NCBI GenBank assembly: GCA_963823555.1
Contig: CAWGMA010000003.1
Location: forward strand, 64,001-128,000
Source: Candidatus Eiseniibacteriota bacterium
Lineage (GTDB): Bacteria; Eisenbacteria; RBG-16-71-46; CAVPCR01
Direction: 5' to 3'
Length of the DNA stretch: 64,000 nt
Shown piece by piece: positions 22,451-32,283 of this stretch; the first letter of the stretch is position 1, and each line of letters begins with the position of its first letter. A program made the translations under genes and the position numbers. The notes below the pieces were generated by a model. It worked only from the letters and a program-made list of their open reading frames with translations. It searched no databases and was not told the origin of the DNA.

Positions 22451-24622
22451 TGTTCCACGTGGAACATCTTGCCCGATGGCCCCCGAAGGACCCGGGTGAC
22501 GGCCAGCGCGGAATCACCGGGATCACTCCCTGCGCCGGTTCGAGCTCGAGTGGCAAGAGCGGTGGACCAGGCGTCGGGGCGGAAGATTCTAGCCTGTGGT
22601 GTTCCACGTGGAACACCTCCGAAGAGGCGGTTGGGCAGCCTGGGACGCGGGGACCCGGTTACGAGATGTTTCCGCTGAAACATCGGGCACTCCTCCTTGA
22701 CCCCCGACTCCGATGTTCCACGTGGAACATCTTGCCCAATGGCCTCCAAAGGGCCTGGGTGACGGGCAGCGCAGAAGCACCGGTGATCGCTCCCTGCCGC
22801 CGGCTCGAGCTCTGGGTGGCAAGGGCGGTGGACCAGGTACCTGTGGTGTTCCACGTGGAACACCTCCGAGAGGCGGTTGGGAAGCCTGGGACGCGGGGCC
22901 CGGTTACGAGATGTTTCCGCTGAAACATCGGGCACTCCCCCTTGGCCCCGACTCCGATGTTCCACGTGGAACACCTCCAAGAGGGGGTGGGCAGGCTGGT
23001 ATGCGGGGTCCGGATACGAGATGTTTCCGCTGAAACATCGGGCACTCCCCCTTGGCCCCGACTCCGATGTTCCACGTGGAACATCTTGCCCAATGGCCTC
23101 CAAAGGGCCTGGGTGACGGGCAGCGCAGAAGCACCGGTGATCGCTCCCTGCCGCCGCCGGCTCGAGCTCTGGGTGGGAAGGGCGGTGGACCAGGCATCGG
23201 GCGGAAGGTTCTAGCCTGGGGTGTTCCACGTGGAACACCCCCGAGTGGGTCGGGCAGCCTGGGTGCTGGGTCCAGATCCGAGATGTTTCCGCTGGAACAT
23301 CGGGCACTCCCCCTTGACCCCCGACTCCGATGTTCCACGTGGAACATCTTGCCCATCGGCCTCCGAAGGACCCGGGTGACGGGCAGCGTGGATGCACCGG
23401 TGATCGCTCCCTGCCCCTCCGGCTCGAGCTCTGGGTGGGAAGGGCGACGACCAGGCATCGGGGCGGGAGGTTCTAGCCTGGGGTGTTCCACGTGGAACAC
23501 CTACGAAGAGAGGGTTGGGCAGCCTGGGTACGCGGGGCCCGGGTTCCGAGATGTTTCCGCTGAAACATCGGGCGCTCCCCCTTGCCCCCAAGTCCGATGT
23601 TCCACGTGGAACATCTTGCCCATCGGCCTTCGAAGGACCCGGGTGACGGGCAGCGTGGATGCACCGGTGATCGCTCCCTGCCTCCGGCTCGAGCTCTGGG
23701 CGGGGGGAGCGGTGGACCAGGCATTGCAGGCTGGGTGCGCGGGGTCCAGATCCGAGATGTTTTCGCTGGAACATCGGGCACTCCCCCTTTGACACCCGAC
23801 TCCGATGTTCCACGTGGAACATCTTGCCCAATGGCCTCCAAAGGACCTGGGTGACGGGCAGCGCAGAAGCACCGGTGATCGCTCCCTGCCGCCGCCGGCT
23901 CGAGCTCTGGGGGGGGAGCGGTGGACCAGGGATCGGGGCGGAAGGGTTCTAGCCTGGGGTGTTCCACGTGGAACACCCCCGAGTGGGTTGGGCAGCCTGG
24001 GTACGCGGGGACCCGGCTACGAGATGTTTCCGCTGAAACATCGGGCACTCCGTCTTGACACCCGACTCCGATGTTCCACGTGGAACATCTTGCCCAATGG
24101 CCTCCGAAGGACCCGGGTGACGGGCAGCGCAGAAGCACCGGTGATTGCTCCCTGCCGCCGGCTCGAGCTCGAGTGGCAAGGGCGGTGGACCAGGCATTGC
24201 AGGCTGGGTGTGCGAGGCCCAGGTCCGAGATGTCTCCGCTGGAACATCGGGCACTCTCCCTTGGCCCCGACTCCAATGTTCCACGTGGAACACCCCCGAG
24301 GGAGTTGGTCAGACGGGGCGCGCGGGTCCGGTTCCAGGATGTTTCCGCTGAAACATCATTAGGACCGTCAACCCTCCGCTTGAATCACTGATGTTCCACG
24401 TGGAACATCACCGTGTCCTTGATTGTGCGATCAGAACGCAGGTGGCGGTGCAGCACGGGAACGTGTCCTTGTGGAGACAGGGACTCGAGAGCATTGAGGT
24501 TGGCTCTCGATGATCAGCGACCAGGACCTGGCGTTGGCAGGTTGTGACTGCAGTGAGGGACGAACTCTGGACACCAGCCGCTCTTGAGAACCAGACCGAC
24601 CACCGGTGTTCCACGTGGAACG
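22451..24622. repeat. Tandem array of ~260-bp units containing 16 parS sites and 9 parS-like variant sites
   Basis: TGTTCCACGTGGAACA starts at 22451, 22600, 22714, 22847, 22958, 23068, 23222, 23331, 23484, 23598, 23806, 23960, 24072, 24277, 24392; TGTTCCACGTGGAACG at 24607. Variant TGTTTCCGCTGAAACA-type sites at 22667, 22912, 23022, 23284, 23552, 23758, 24025, 24231, 24340. Confidence 0.95.
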
Positions 24623-24678
24623 TTGGGGGCATCAACTCATAAAGCTAATAATAGCAATTGTTTACAATTGAACTCGGG

Positions 24679-25626
24679 CTAGCGACGCAATCCTGGCGGT
24701 ACTTCCTCCGGCAGCACCCACGGGCTCATGTAGGTCGTCATGCCGTCGCTCAGAACCAGAACCTTGTCTAGCCGATAGGTCCGCTCCTCCTCCACATCGA
24801 GATCCCAGCCCACAAGGTAGCGCTCCCCATCCAGGCGCTCTGGCCGCACGCGCCGCTCGATGCCTGGGGCCCCGGGACGGACCGCATACACGATGTCGAC
24901 GATGGCCCCGCTCCCCACCACGCGCGACACCAGGTCGAGAAGCATGCTGGATGGTCGCTCGGCGAAGAGATGCGCCGGGCCCGCCATGCGCCCCCGCACG
25001 ACATCGTTCACCGTGTGGATACCGCGCAACTCGAGGTAGGGGACCAGCGCATGGTAGGCGAGCGCGGTGACGCGGGCATCATCGGCGGCGCGGTGGGATC
25101 GCCCTCGCTCGATACCGTAACGTTCTGCGGTTTGCCGCAAAGAATTGCCCTCGCGATTTCGGTCCAGGAAGCGCGCCATCAATAGCGTGTCCAGTGCGAG
25201 ATTGCCGAGGGGTGGATGGCCGGCGGCAGCCATACCATCCTGCAAGAAGTGCAGGTCGAAGGGGGCGTTGTGCATGACGATCGGCTTGCTGCCGATCACG
25301 CGCCGCATCTCTGGGATCACGTCGTTCAGTCTGGGGGCCCCGACCAGATCCGCATCGGCAATCCCGGTGAGCTGCCTCGTCATCTCGGAGAGCCGACGGC
25401 CCGGATCGATCAGTGTGGAGAGAGCGACTTCGGTGTGATCGCCACACGCGGCAACAAGAGCCACTTCGCACACCGCATCGCCACGCTGCGCTGCAAGCCC
25501 CGTGGTCTCGAAATCGAGCGCTACGATCGGCAACCGATAGAGTCTCGCTTCCGGCGATAGGCCTGCTAATGGATCGGCTTCAGGCGCCGGATTTCCCGCA
25601 TCACTCGTGGCGGCCCCGTCGCTCAT
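24679..25626 (-). CDS. DEDDh 3'-5' exonuclease (DnaQ-like) fused to C-terminal WYL domain
   Basis: ExoI LDFETTG, ExoII HNAPFD, ExoIII SHRAADDA; C-terminus IVY...ERRVRPERL...YLVGWD...ERTYRLDKV. Confidence 0.85.
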   Translation of the reverse strand: MSDGAATSDAGNPAPEADPLAGLSPEARLYRLPIVALDFETTGLAAQRGDAVCEVALVAACGDHTEVALSTLIDPGRRLSEMTRQLTGIADADLVGAPRLNDVIPEMRRVIGSKPIVMHNAPFDLHFLQDGMAAAGHPPLGNLALDTLLMARFLDRNREGNSLRQTAERYGIERGRSHRAADDARVTALAYHALVPYLELRGIHTVNDVVRGRMAGPAHLFAERPSSMLLDLVSRVVGSGAIVDIVYAVRPGAPGIERRVRPERLDGERYLVGWDLDVEEERTYRLDKVLVLSDGMTTYMSPWVLPEEVPPGLRR

Positions 25627-26048
25627 CGGTCGTCGGCTCCGATGCGCTCGTGTAGCTCGTCGAGCGCTGCTCTGACTCCGGCGAACGGTATCAGATGGCG
25701 AGCTTCCGGGTACTCCACCCAGCGGTGCTCGTCATGCTCGGACGACAGCCTCACATCCTCGTCGCGCACCTCGACCCCGAAGCATGGTTCGAGGTGAATC
25801 GCCTCGATGGGGGCGTTGTAGAAGACATTCACTTTCTCGAGGAGAATGACCGTGATCGGGGTGAGACCCGTCTCCTCGCTCACTTCGCGCCGCGCAGCAG
25901 CCTCGGCCTTCTCGCCGGGCTCGATGCGCCCGGACACCGACTGCCAGAATCCGCCGCGCGAGGGAATGCGGTGCAGGAGGAGGAACTCGACCTGCCGGCC
26001 ACGACGCCGGAAGACGAAGACGCAGACACTCTCGCTCGTCACCTGCAC
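25623..26048 (-). CDS. NUDIX hydrolase (NudB-like)
   Basis: FWQSVSG followed by Nudix box GRIEPGEKAEAAARREVSEETGL; LSSEH motif. Confidence 0.88.
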   Translation of the reverse strand: MQVTSESVCVFVFRRRGRQVEFLLLHRIPSRGGFWQSVSGRIEPGEKAEAAARREVSEETGLTPITVILLEKVNVFYNAPIEAIHLEPCFGVEVRDEDVRLSSEHDEHRWVEYPEARHLIPFAGVRAALDELHERIGADDR

Positions 26049-26051
26049 TGC

Positions 26052-26741
26052 CTAGCCCCGTCGCTTGATGATCACCATGCGGCCCTCGCCCCAGCGCATC
26101 GGCACGATATCGACGAGAACGAATCTCTGGTCGCGGAACGCGGGCAGTGCATCTCGGATCTCGTCCTCCGGTGCGCTGCCCTTGAAGGCGACAAGAAGCC
26201 CATCAGGCGCCACGAGCGCCCCGCAGTCTCGCACTGCCTTGGAGAGAGGCCCGAACCCTCGCAGCGTCACCACCGAGTACGCGCCGCGGTGCTGGGGCAT
26301 GGCGCCGAGAACCTCGGCCCTCTCAGCGGCCACGCGCACTCGAGGCCCAAGCCCCAGCTCCGCCGTGATCGCCTCGAGGAATCGCGCCTTCTTGCGCACC
26401 GATTCGATGAGCAGCACTTCGAGGTCGGGGAGGAGCACGGCCAGAGGCAGGCCCGGGAACCCGGCGCCGCTTCCGACATCGGCCAGGCGCTGGTTCTCGA
26501 GCGGTATCGAGCACGCTCGCACGTTGAAGCTCTCGAGAAGATGGCGGCGACCGAGGCGCTCGACATCGGCCGCCGAAACGAGATTGATGCGCTCGTTCCA
26601 CTGGCGAATGCGCCGCAAGTAGAGAGCAAGCGCCTGGACCGCCGCGGCGGTTACTTCGAGCCCGAGCGTGCTGATCTCGCGGCCCACCACCTCCGCCTCG
26701 CGGAGCTCGAACTCCCGCGGGGGGCCCGCCGGCAGGGGCAT
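26052..26741 (-). CDS. rsmG: 16S rRNA m7G527 methyltransferase
   Basis: WNERINLVS, RHLLES, DVGSGAGFPG, ESVRKKARFL. Confidence 0.95.
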   Translation of the reverse strand: MPLPAGPPREFELREAEVVGREISTLGLEVTAAAVQALALYLRRIRQWNERINLVSAADVERLGRRHLLESFNVRACSIPLENQRLADVGSGAGFPGLPLAVLLPDLEVLLIESVRKKARFLEAITAELGLGPRVRVAAERAEVLGAMPQHRGAYSVVTLRGFGPLSKAVRDCGALVAPDGLLVAFKGSAPEDEIRDALPAFRDQRFVLVDIVPMRWGEGRMVIIKRRG

Positions 26742-26816
26742 CGGGCTGCGGAGGGGCGGCCTCGCGGTGGAGTCGAAATGCCGGTCGATCGCCGTGGCTC
26801 CCCTCGGTGACCCGCT

Positions 26817-27779
26817 CTAGCGCCGATCACCGTAGCTGCTGCCCGACCGGTCGCCGCGGCCGCCACCGCCCGAGCGGCCGCGGTCACCGCGAGCGCCGTT
26901 GCGATCCCGGCCACCGGACCCGCCGCGGCCCCCGACCCGACCGCCATGGCCTCCGCCCCGACCGCGATCCGATCCCGAACCATGATCCCTGTGCCCCTGC
27001 TCGCGGCGCGGGCGATCCTCGCCACGCCCCCGCTCCCGATCCCTGCCTCGTCCTTCCCGACCGCCACGGAACCGGCGGTCGGCCGGCCGCCGCTCCTCGG
27101 GTGGGGGAGCCTGATCGATCGGCGCGATGGCAATCTGCTTCACTAGCCCGTCGCCGATGGCAAAGGTCGTAATGTCGGGATCCTCGTTGAGCGCGAGGTG
27201 AATCACGCGGCGCTCGCCGGCTCCGAGGGGGTTGGTCAGGATCTTCTCGCCCGTTTCACGGACCTCGTCCGCGAGCCGGTAGGCCATGTCGCGAAGCTCT
27301 CGCTCCCGGCGCTCGCGATATCCGCCGAGATCGACCGAGACCAGCTGGCGGCTTGCGCTCTGCTTCGAGACGATCCGGCTCACCAGATGCTGAAGCGCAT
27401 CCAGCGGCTCTCCGTCCTCGATGAGGAGCACATCTTCCAGGTTATCGCCCTGCACCTGCACCTGGATATGATCCGGACGGCTCTCGACCTGGATCCGCGC
27501 CTCGAGACCTACGCGCTTCAGGAGCTCGGCGGTCACCTCCTTGGCCAGGGCGAAGGCATCTCCTGTCTTGCGGTGGAGCCGCACGCGGGCCACGCTGGAA
27601 CTTACCCAGGCGCTGCGCGCACCCGAATCCAGCACCTCGATCGTAACCTGGTCTCGGGCCCAGCCGGTGGCGATGAGCGCCTTCCGCACTGCCTCGTCGA
27701 CGGTCTTTCCCTCGGCTACAGCCTCGTCGACGGCTTTCCCCTCGGCTTCTGCTGACAGCGGCTTTGCGTCCTCGAACAT
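26817..27779 (-). CDS. jag: Jag/EloR/KhpB RNA-binding protein (Jag_N, KH, R3H) with Arg/Gly-rich tail
   Basis: GKTVDEAV, LDALQHL, GYRERRE, R3H ERRVIH; located downstream of yidC. Confidence 0.9.
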   Translation of the reverse strand: MFEDAKPLSAEAEGKAVDEAVAEGKTVDEAVRKALIATGWARDQVTIEVLDSGARSAWVSSSVARVRLHRKTGDAFALAKEVTAELLKRVGLEARIQVESRPDHIQVQVQGDNLEDVLLIEDGEPLDALQHLVSRIVSKQSASRQLVSVDLGGYRERRERELRDMAYRLADEVRETGEKILTNPLGAGERRVIHLALNEDPDITTFAIGDGLVKQIAIAPIDQAPPPEERRPADRRFRGGREGRGRDRERGRGEDRPRREQGHRDHGSGSDRGRGGGHGGRVGGRGGSGGRDRNGARGDRGRSGGGGRGDRSGSSYGDRR

Positions 27780-27807
27780 GCTCACTCCTGCGCTGCTTGA
27801 CTGCCGG

Positions 27808-29580
27808 CTAACCGCCGGCCGGGCGCGCCCGGACCTCTTTGGGTCCCGGCTCGCCGGGAGGTGAAGTCGTGGCATCCGCGCTCACAACCGGGACCGGCTG
27901 CATTCCGTCGGCGCGGTTCATGATGACCTGCTGCACCCAGGTCACGAGGTTGGTCACGGTCCAGTAGAGGACCAGTCCTGACGGCATCCCGTAGAAGAAG
28001 ACCAGAAGCATGATGGGCATGAGGGTGGTCATCGCCTTCTGCCGCGGATCGGTCGGCGTCGAACGCGCCTGCAGGAGCGAGACCCCGGTCATGATCAATG
28101 GAAGAACATGAATGGGGAACCCGGAGATGTGGGCCACGGTGTCCGGTGCCGAGAGATCGTGGATCCAGGCCACGAAGGGCGCCAACCTCAGATCGATGGC
28201 GAACATGAACGAGAAGTACAGGGCGAACAGCACCGGCATCTGAAGAACCATGGGCAGGCAGCCGCCTACCGGGTTCACCTTGTGCTTCTTGTACAGCTCC
28301 ATGAGCTGCTTGTTCATCTCCTGGGGCTTGTCGGCGTACTTCTTGCGCAGGGCCTCCATCTCGGGCTGCACCCGCTGCATCGCCTTCATCGAGCGCATGC
28401 TCGATCGGTTGAGCGGGTACAGGATCACGCGGATCAACACCGAGAGCACGATGATCACCAGCCCATAGTTGGGGATGAGGCGATAGGTGAACTTGAGGAC
28501 CGAGAGCGTCGGCAGGGTCAGCGGGCGCATCCAGCGGTAGCCCAGGCTCACGGCGTCGCTGAGCGCGGGGTCGACTGCCTTGACGCGGGCGAGGTCCTTG
28601 GGCCCGAGATAGAGCTTCACGTCGGCCCGGGCCGCGTCGGTGGCCGCTGCCGGCATACGGAGCCAGACCGAGTTGCGGTGGGACGACGCGTCGCCATCGG
28701 CGCCAGCGGCGATGGCGGTCCCGGCGGCGGGAACCAGGGCAGCCAGGAAGTACTTGTTGCTGGCCGCTGCCCAGCGCACCGCGCCCTCCACGACGCGCGG
28801 GCCGTTCTTGAACTTGCCGGGAGCCCAGCTCGAAACCTCGTCCCCGACGCGGATCAGGCTTGCGAAGTGCTGCTCGTTGGAGCTGCGGTCGCCCTCCGTG
28901 TAAGGAATGCCCGTGCGCCAGCCCACGACCATCTCCGGGGACTCGAGATCACCGCTGAGCCCGGTGATATCGATCTGGTGGTCCACCTCGTAGACGCCAT
29001 CCCGGAACCTATAGATGCGCCTGACGACGAGCCCGTCCGTACGGCGAGCGGTTAGGGTCACCAGCTGCAACTTGACCCCATCGACGACGCGTGCCTCACG
29101 CTCGGCTGCATAGAGGGCATTCGCCAGGGACAGCCTTCTCGCCTCGGGCTGGCCCCAGGCCAGCTGGACGTCGAGGGCTTCCTGGCCGGCGCGAACGAGA
29201 TCCACGACCGTGCCGGGTTCGAATCCGCTCGGGTAGTCCTTGAGCTCGACCAGGAGGAGCCCCGCCCCATGGGTATGGATGCGCACTCTGAGCAGGTTGG
29301 TCTCGACCTCGACCGAATCGACCGGCTGCGGCTCCCAGGTGGGCGCCCCGGGGGACCCTGCGACACCCCCCTCCAGCGGGGCTTCCGCAGGGACCGCATC
29401 CCCAGTGCCGGACATGACGCTGGATGGCTGCTCATCATCTGCAATGGAGGCCAACCCCGGCGCGGACGCGACGTCCTGCGCCTGCTCTGATGCCGGCTTC
29501 CGCGGCGTGGGGAAGAGGATGCTCCAGCCAATGAGCACCACCCCCGCCAGGAGGAACGCGAGGAGAGTTCTTCTATCCAT
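27808..29580 (-). CDS. yidC: Membrane protein insertase YidC
   Basis: NYGLVIIVL, LYKKHKVNPVGGCLPMVLQMP, WIHDLSAPD, PSGLVLYW. Confidence 0.97.
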   Translation of the reverse strand: MDRRTLLAFLLAGVVLIGWSILFPTPRKPASEQAQDVASAPGLASIADDEQPSSVMSGTGDAVPAEAPLEGGVAGSPGAPTWEPQPVDSVEVETNLLRVRIHTHGAGLLLVELKDYPSGFEPGTVVDLVRAGQEALDVQLAWGQPEARRLSLANALYAAEREARVVDGVKLQLVTLTARRTDGLVVRRIYRFRDGVYEVDHQIDITGLSGDLESPEMVVGWRTGIPYTEGDRSSNEQHFASLIRVGDEVSSWAPGKFKNGPRVVEGAVRWAAASNKYFLAALVPAAGTAIAAGADGDASSHRNSVWLRMPAAATDAARADVKLYLGPKDLARVKAVDPALSDAVSLGYRWMRPLTLPTLSVLKFTYRLIPNYGLVIIVLSVLIRVILYPLNRSSMRSMKAMQRVQPEMEALRKKYADKPQEMNKQLMELYKKHKVNPVGGCLPMVLQMPVLFALYFSFMFAIDLRLAPFVAWIHDLSAPDTVAHISGFPIHVLPLIMTGVSLLQARSTPTDPRQKAMTTLMPIMLLVFFYGMPSGLVLYWTVTNLVTWVQQVIMNRADGMQPVPVVSADATTSPPGEPGPKEVRARPAGG

Positions 29581-29637
29581 GAGTCCTAGTTCGGGTGGTC
29601 CGTGAAGGAATCGCGGTGCTGCTCAAATCGCGAAGTG

Positions 29638-29847
29638 TCAGCGAACGGGATCGTAGCCCCCCTCGTGCCAGGGATGACAGCGAAGAAGCCGGCGCGCCGC
29701 GAGCCAGCCGCCATACCAGGCACCGTAGCGATCGATGGCCTCCTCGGCATACGCCGAGCAGCTCGGAGCGAATCGACACGCCACGGGCAGCGTAGGGGAG
29801 ATGAAACGGCGATAGACGCCGAGCACCATGAGCACCAAGGCCTTCAT
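29638..29847 (-). CDS. yidD: Membrane protein insertion efficiency factor
   Basis: YRRFISP...[11 protein letters not shown]...[16 protein letters not shown]. Confidence 0.95.
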   Translation of the reverse strand: MKALVLMVLGVYRRFISPTLPVACRFAPSCSAYAEEAIDRYGAWYGGWLAARRLLRCHPWHEGGYDPVR

Positions 29848-30308
29848 CCCTGCGCCTCGGTCGAAGGTGGAAGCACGGCGCCGAGACATCGTAGCTTCGC
29901 CAGGACGGAAATCAAGTCGGCATCGACCTCGCTCCGCCTGGCCCGCACGCAGCCGGAGCGCGCGATCAGCGCCATATGGCAAGGAGCCGCGAGCCGGTGC
30001 TGATTGAGCCGGTATGCCTCCCTTAGAAGGCGCTTTGCGCGATTGCGCTCCACTGCTCCCCCGACCCGCCGGCTGGCCACAACGCCGAACTTGTGCTCGG
30101 CAGTGTTCCGGAGCACGCAGACGACGACCAGCCGACCCGCCATTCGCTCACCCGACTCGAAGATGGCGCGGAACTCGCTACGTAGCTTGAGCTTGATTCT
30201 TGCAGGAATGCGCGAGCGCGGCGTGCGGATCGAACGCGGCCCTTCGGGCTCAGACGCAGAGGCGATGCCGACCCTTGGCGCGACGACGGGAGAGGATCGC
30301 TCGTCCAT
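29844..30308 (-). CDS. rnpA: Ribonuclease P protein component (start uncertain)
   Basis: [24 protein letters not shown] (RNR motif). Confidence 0.9.
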   Translation of the reverse strand: MDERSSPVVAPRVGIASASEPEGPRSIRTPRSRIPARIKLKLRSEFRAIFESGERMAGRLVVVCVLRNTAEHKFGVVASRRVGGAVERNRAKRLLREAYRLNQHRLAAPCHMALIARSGCVRARRSEVDADLISVLAKLRCLGAVLPPSTEAQG

Positions 30309-30384
30309 TCTTGGTGCTCATCCGCTTGCGAAACCCGTGCGTCCGCTTGCGGCTCTTCTTGTGCGGCTGGTACGTGCGCTTCAC
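30250..30384 (-). CDS. rpmH: 50S ribosomal protein L34 (44 aa, absent from the ORF track)
   Basis: Hand translation from GTG 30384: [44 protein letters not shown]. Confidence 0.97.
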   Translation of the reverse strand: MKRTYQPHKKSRKRTHGFRKRMSTKNGRAILSRRRAKGRHRLCV

Positions 30385-30479
30385 TTCTGGAGTACCCCTT
30401 GCTCACTCGGTTGAGGCTGAACAGCTTAACGGCTGCTCAGAGATCTCGCCTGCATCGCGCGGTGGTGCGCCGGCCGCGC

Positions 30480-30730
30480 ATATCCCCCTTGTGTGCATAA
30501 TCCGGTGGATATTATTGATGCTCCGCGACCTCGTCAAGCGGAAAAAACCTCTTGATTGCGTCACCTACGCGGTGATAGATTGCCCTTCGCCCAAGGGAAA
30601 AGCCCGAGACCTGAGGCCGGTGGATTCCGCGAGCCATCCCTTCCACGGGCGGCTGATTCTCCCAAGCCCTGTGGATTGCTCGAAGTGATCGGGCTCCTGC
30701 CGGGGCCGCTGTAATCTGCACCCGCATCAT
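30480..30730. promoter_or_regulatory. rpmH-dnaA intergenic region with degenerate DnaA boxes
   Basis: TGTGCATAA 30492-30500 (TTATNCACA), GGTGGATAT 30504-30512, TGTGGATTG 30670-30678. Confidence 0.6.
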
Positions 30731-30874
30731 CTGCATAGCTTCGCATCAAGCTGGTCACGCATGTGGCGGAGGGTGGTTTTTTGCCCCTTCGCCAAACGGC
30801 CCCGCTCGCCTTGGCGCTTCTTCATTCTTGCAGTAATGGCGGCCACAACCAACCAGCGCCCGAGGGTCATAGAG

Positions 30875-32239
30875 GTGACGATAGCCAACGGGAGTTTGGA
30901 GTCCCACGAGGACTCGGTGTGGGACCGGGTGCAGGAGCAGTTGCGGATTCTCGTTCCAGGTCGAAGCTTCGACACCTGGATTCGCCCGCTTCAGCTTCTC
31001 GCCTTCGATGGAAGCCAGCTCGTCATCGGAGTGCGCGACTCGTTCATCAAGGACTGGGTCGACGAGCACTACCGCAGCCTGATCGAAAGCAGCGTCGAGT
31101 CCGTGCTCGGACTCAAAGCCAAAATCTCCTTCTCGATTCAGCGTCAACCCGCTGAGGCCGCCGCCAAGAGCCCCGAGCCGGTCACTTTGGAGCCGCGCCT
31201 CCGGCATGCATGGGGGCTCAATCACCGTCATACCTTCGAGACCTTCGTCGTCGGCGCATGCAATCAGTTTGCCAATGCGGCGGCCCAAGCCGTCGCGGAG
31301 CGCCCCGGCAAGGTCTACAACCCGCTGTTCGTCTACGGCGGGGTCGGCCTAGGAAAAACTCACATCCTCCATGCAATTGGCACGCGAGTGTTGGCGCTCA
31401 ACTCCGATGCACACGTGTGCTACGCAACCGGTGAGAAGTTCATGACCGAGATGATCAACGCCATCCAGCGCGGGCGGACGATCGAATTCAAGCGCCGCTA
31501 CCGCTCGATGGACGTCCTGCTCATCGACGATGTCCAGTTCCTCGCCGGTAAGGACTCCACCCAGGAGGAGTTCTTCCATACCTTCAACGCCCTCCACGAG
31601 GCCCACCGGCAGATCGTGATCTCCTGCGACTGTCCACCCAAGGAAATCGACGGCCTCGAGGATCGCCTCATCTCGCGCTTCGGCTGGGGACTCGTCACCG
31701 ATATCCAGGCGCCCGATCTCGAAACCCGCATCGCCATCCTGCGCAAGCATGCGGAGTTCAAGGGGGTCTCGCTCCGGGACGACGTGGCTCTCCTCATCGC
31801 TCAGAACATCAGGAGCAACATCCGGGAGCTGGAGGGGTGCCTCACCCGTCTCTTCGCCTTGGCCCGGAACATGAACCGCAAGGTGGACGTTGCATTCGCG
31901 GAGCAAGTGCTCAGCGATCTCTTTCGCGGGCAGCGACGGGCTCTGAGCCCGCGCCGCATCATGGAAGCCACAGCCCAGGTTTTCGGCATCGAGCTGGAGC
32001 AGCTGCGCGGCCGCAGGAGAACCAACGCCATCGTGACCCCGCGGCAGATGTGCATGTATCTGATGCGCAAGCACACCGGCATGAGCTTCGGGGATATCGG
32101 CCAGGAGCTCGGCGGCCGGGACCATACGACCGTGATGCACGGCTGCGACAAGATCGAGAGCCTGGCCACCACCGACCCGCAGCTCCGGGGCCTGCTTCTC
32201 GAGGTCACCCAGGCGCTGGGGGTCTCAGTGGGAGGATAG
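30875..32239 (+). CDS. dnaA: Chromosomal replication initiator DnaA
   Basis: YNPLFVYGGVGLGKTH, LLIDDVQF, QEEFFHTFN, SNIRELEG, GGRDHTTVMH; start chosen at GTG 30875 (30836 and 30896 are alternatives). Confidence 0.98.
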   Translation: MTIANGSLESHEDSVWDRVQEQLRILVPGRSFDTWIRPLQLLAFDGSQLVIGVRDSFIKDWVDEHYRSLIESSVESVLGLKAKISFSIQRQPAEAAAKSPEPVTLEPRLRHAWGLNHRHTFETFVVGACNQFANAAAQAVAERPGKVYNPLFVYGGVGLGKTHILHAIGTRVLALNSDAHVCYATGEKFMTEMINAIQRGRTIEFKRRYRSMDVLLIDDVQFLAGKDSTQEEFFHTFNALHEAHRQIVISCDCPPKEIDGLEDRLISRFGWGLVTDIQAPDLETRIAILRKHAEFKGVSLRDDVALLIAQNIRSNIRELEGCLTRLFALARNMNRKVDVAFAEQVLSDLFRGQRRALSPRRIMEATAQVFGIELEQLRGRRRTNAIVTPRQMCMYLMRKHTGMSFGDIGQELGGRDHTTVMHGCDKIESLATTDPQLRGLLLEVTQALGVSVGG

Positions 32240-32283
32240 CCGGAAGAGCATTAGGTTACGGGGAGCACCATGGCCTCGCACCT

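Noticed and set aside
22451..24622. CRISPR array
   Set aside because: The repeat is the 16-bp parS palindrome, the 'spacers' are themselves repeated and of irregular length, and no cas genes are present.
22354..24635. Many ORFs with MFHVEH / VPRGT / CSTWN repeats
   Set aside because: These peptides are translations of the parS palindrome and appear on both strands in several frames; there is no coding evidence.
24652..24670. AT-rich CAATTG-TTTA-CAATTG / IHF-like site at the array edge
   Set aside because: A single short match; plausible but not supportable without conservation data.
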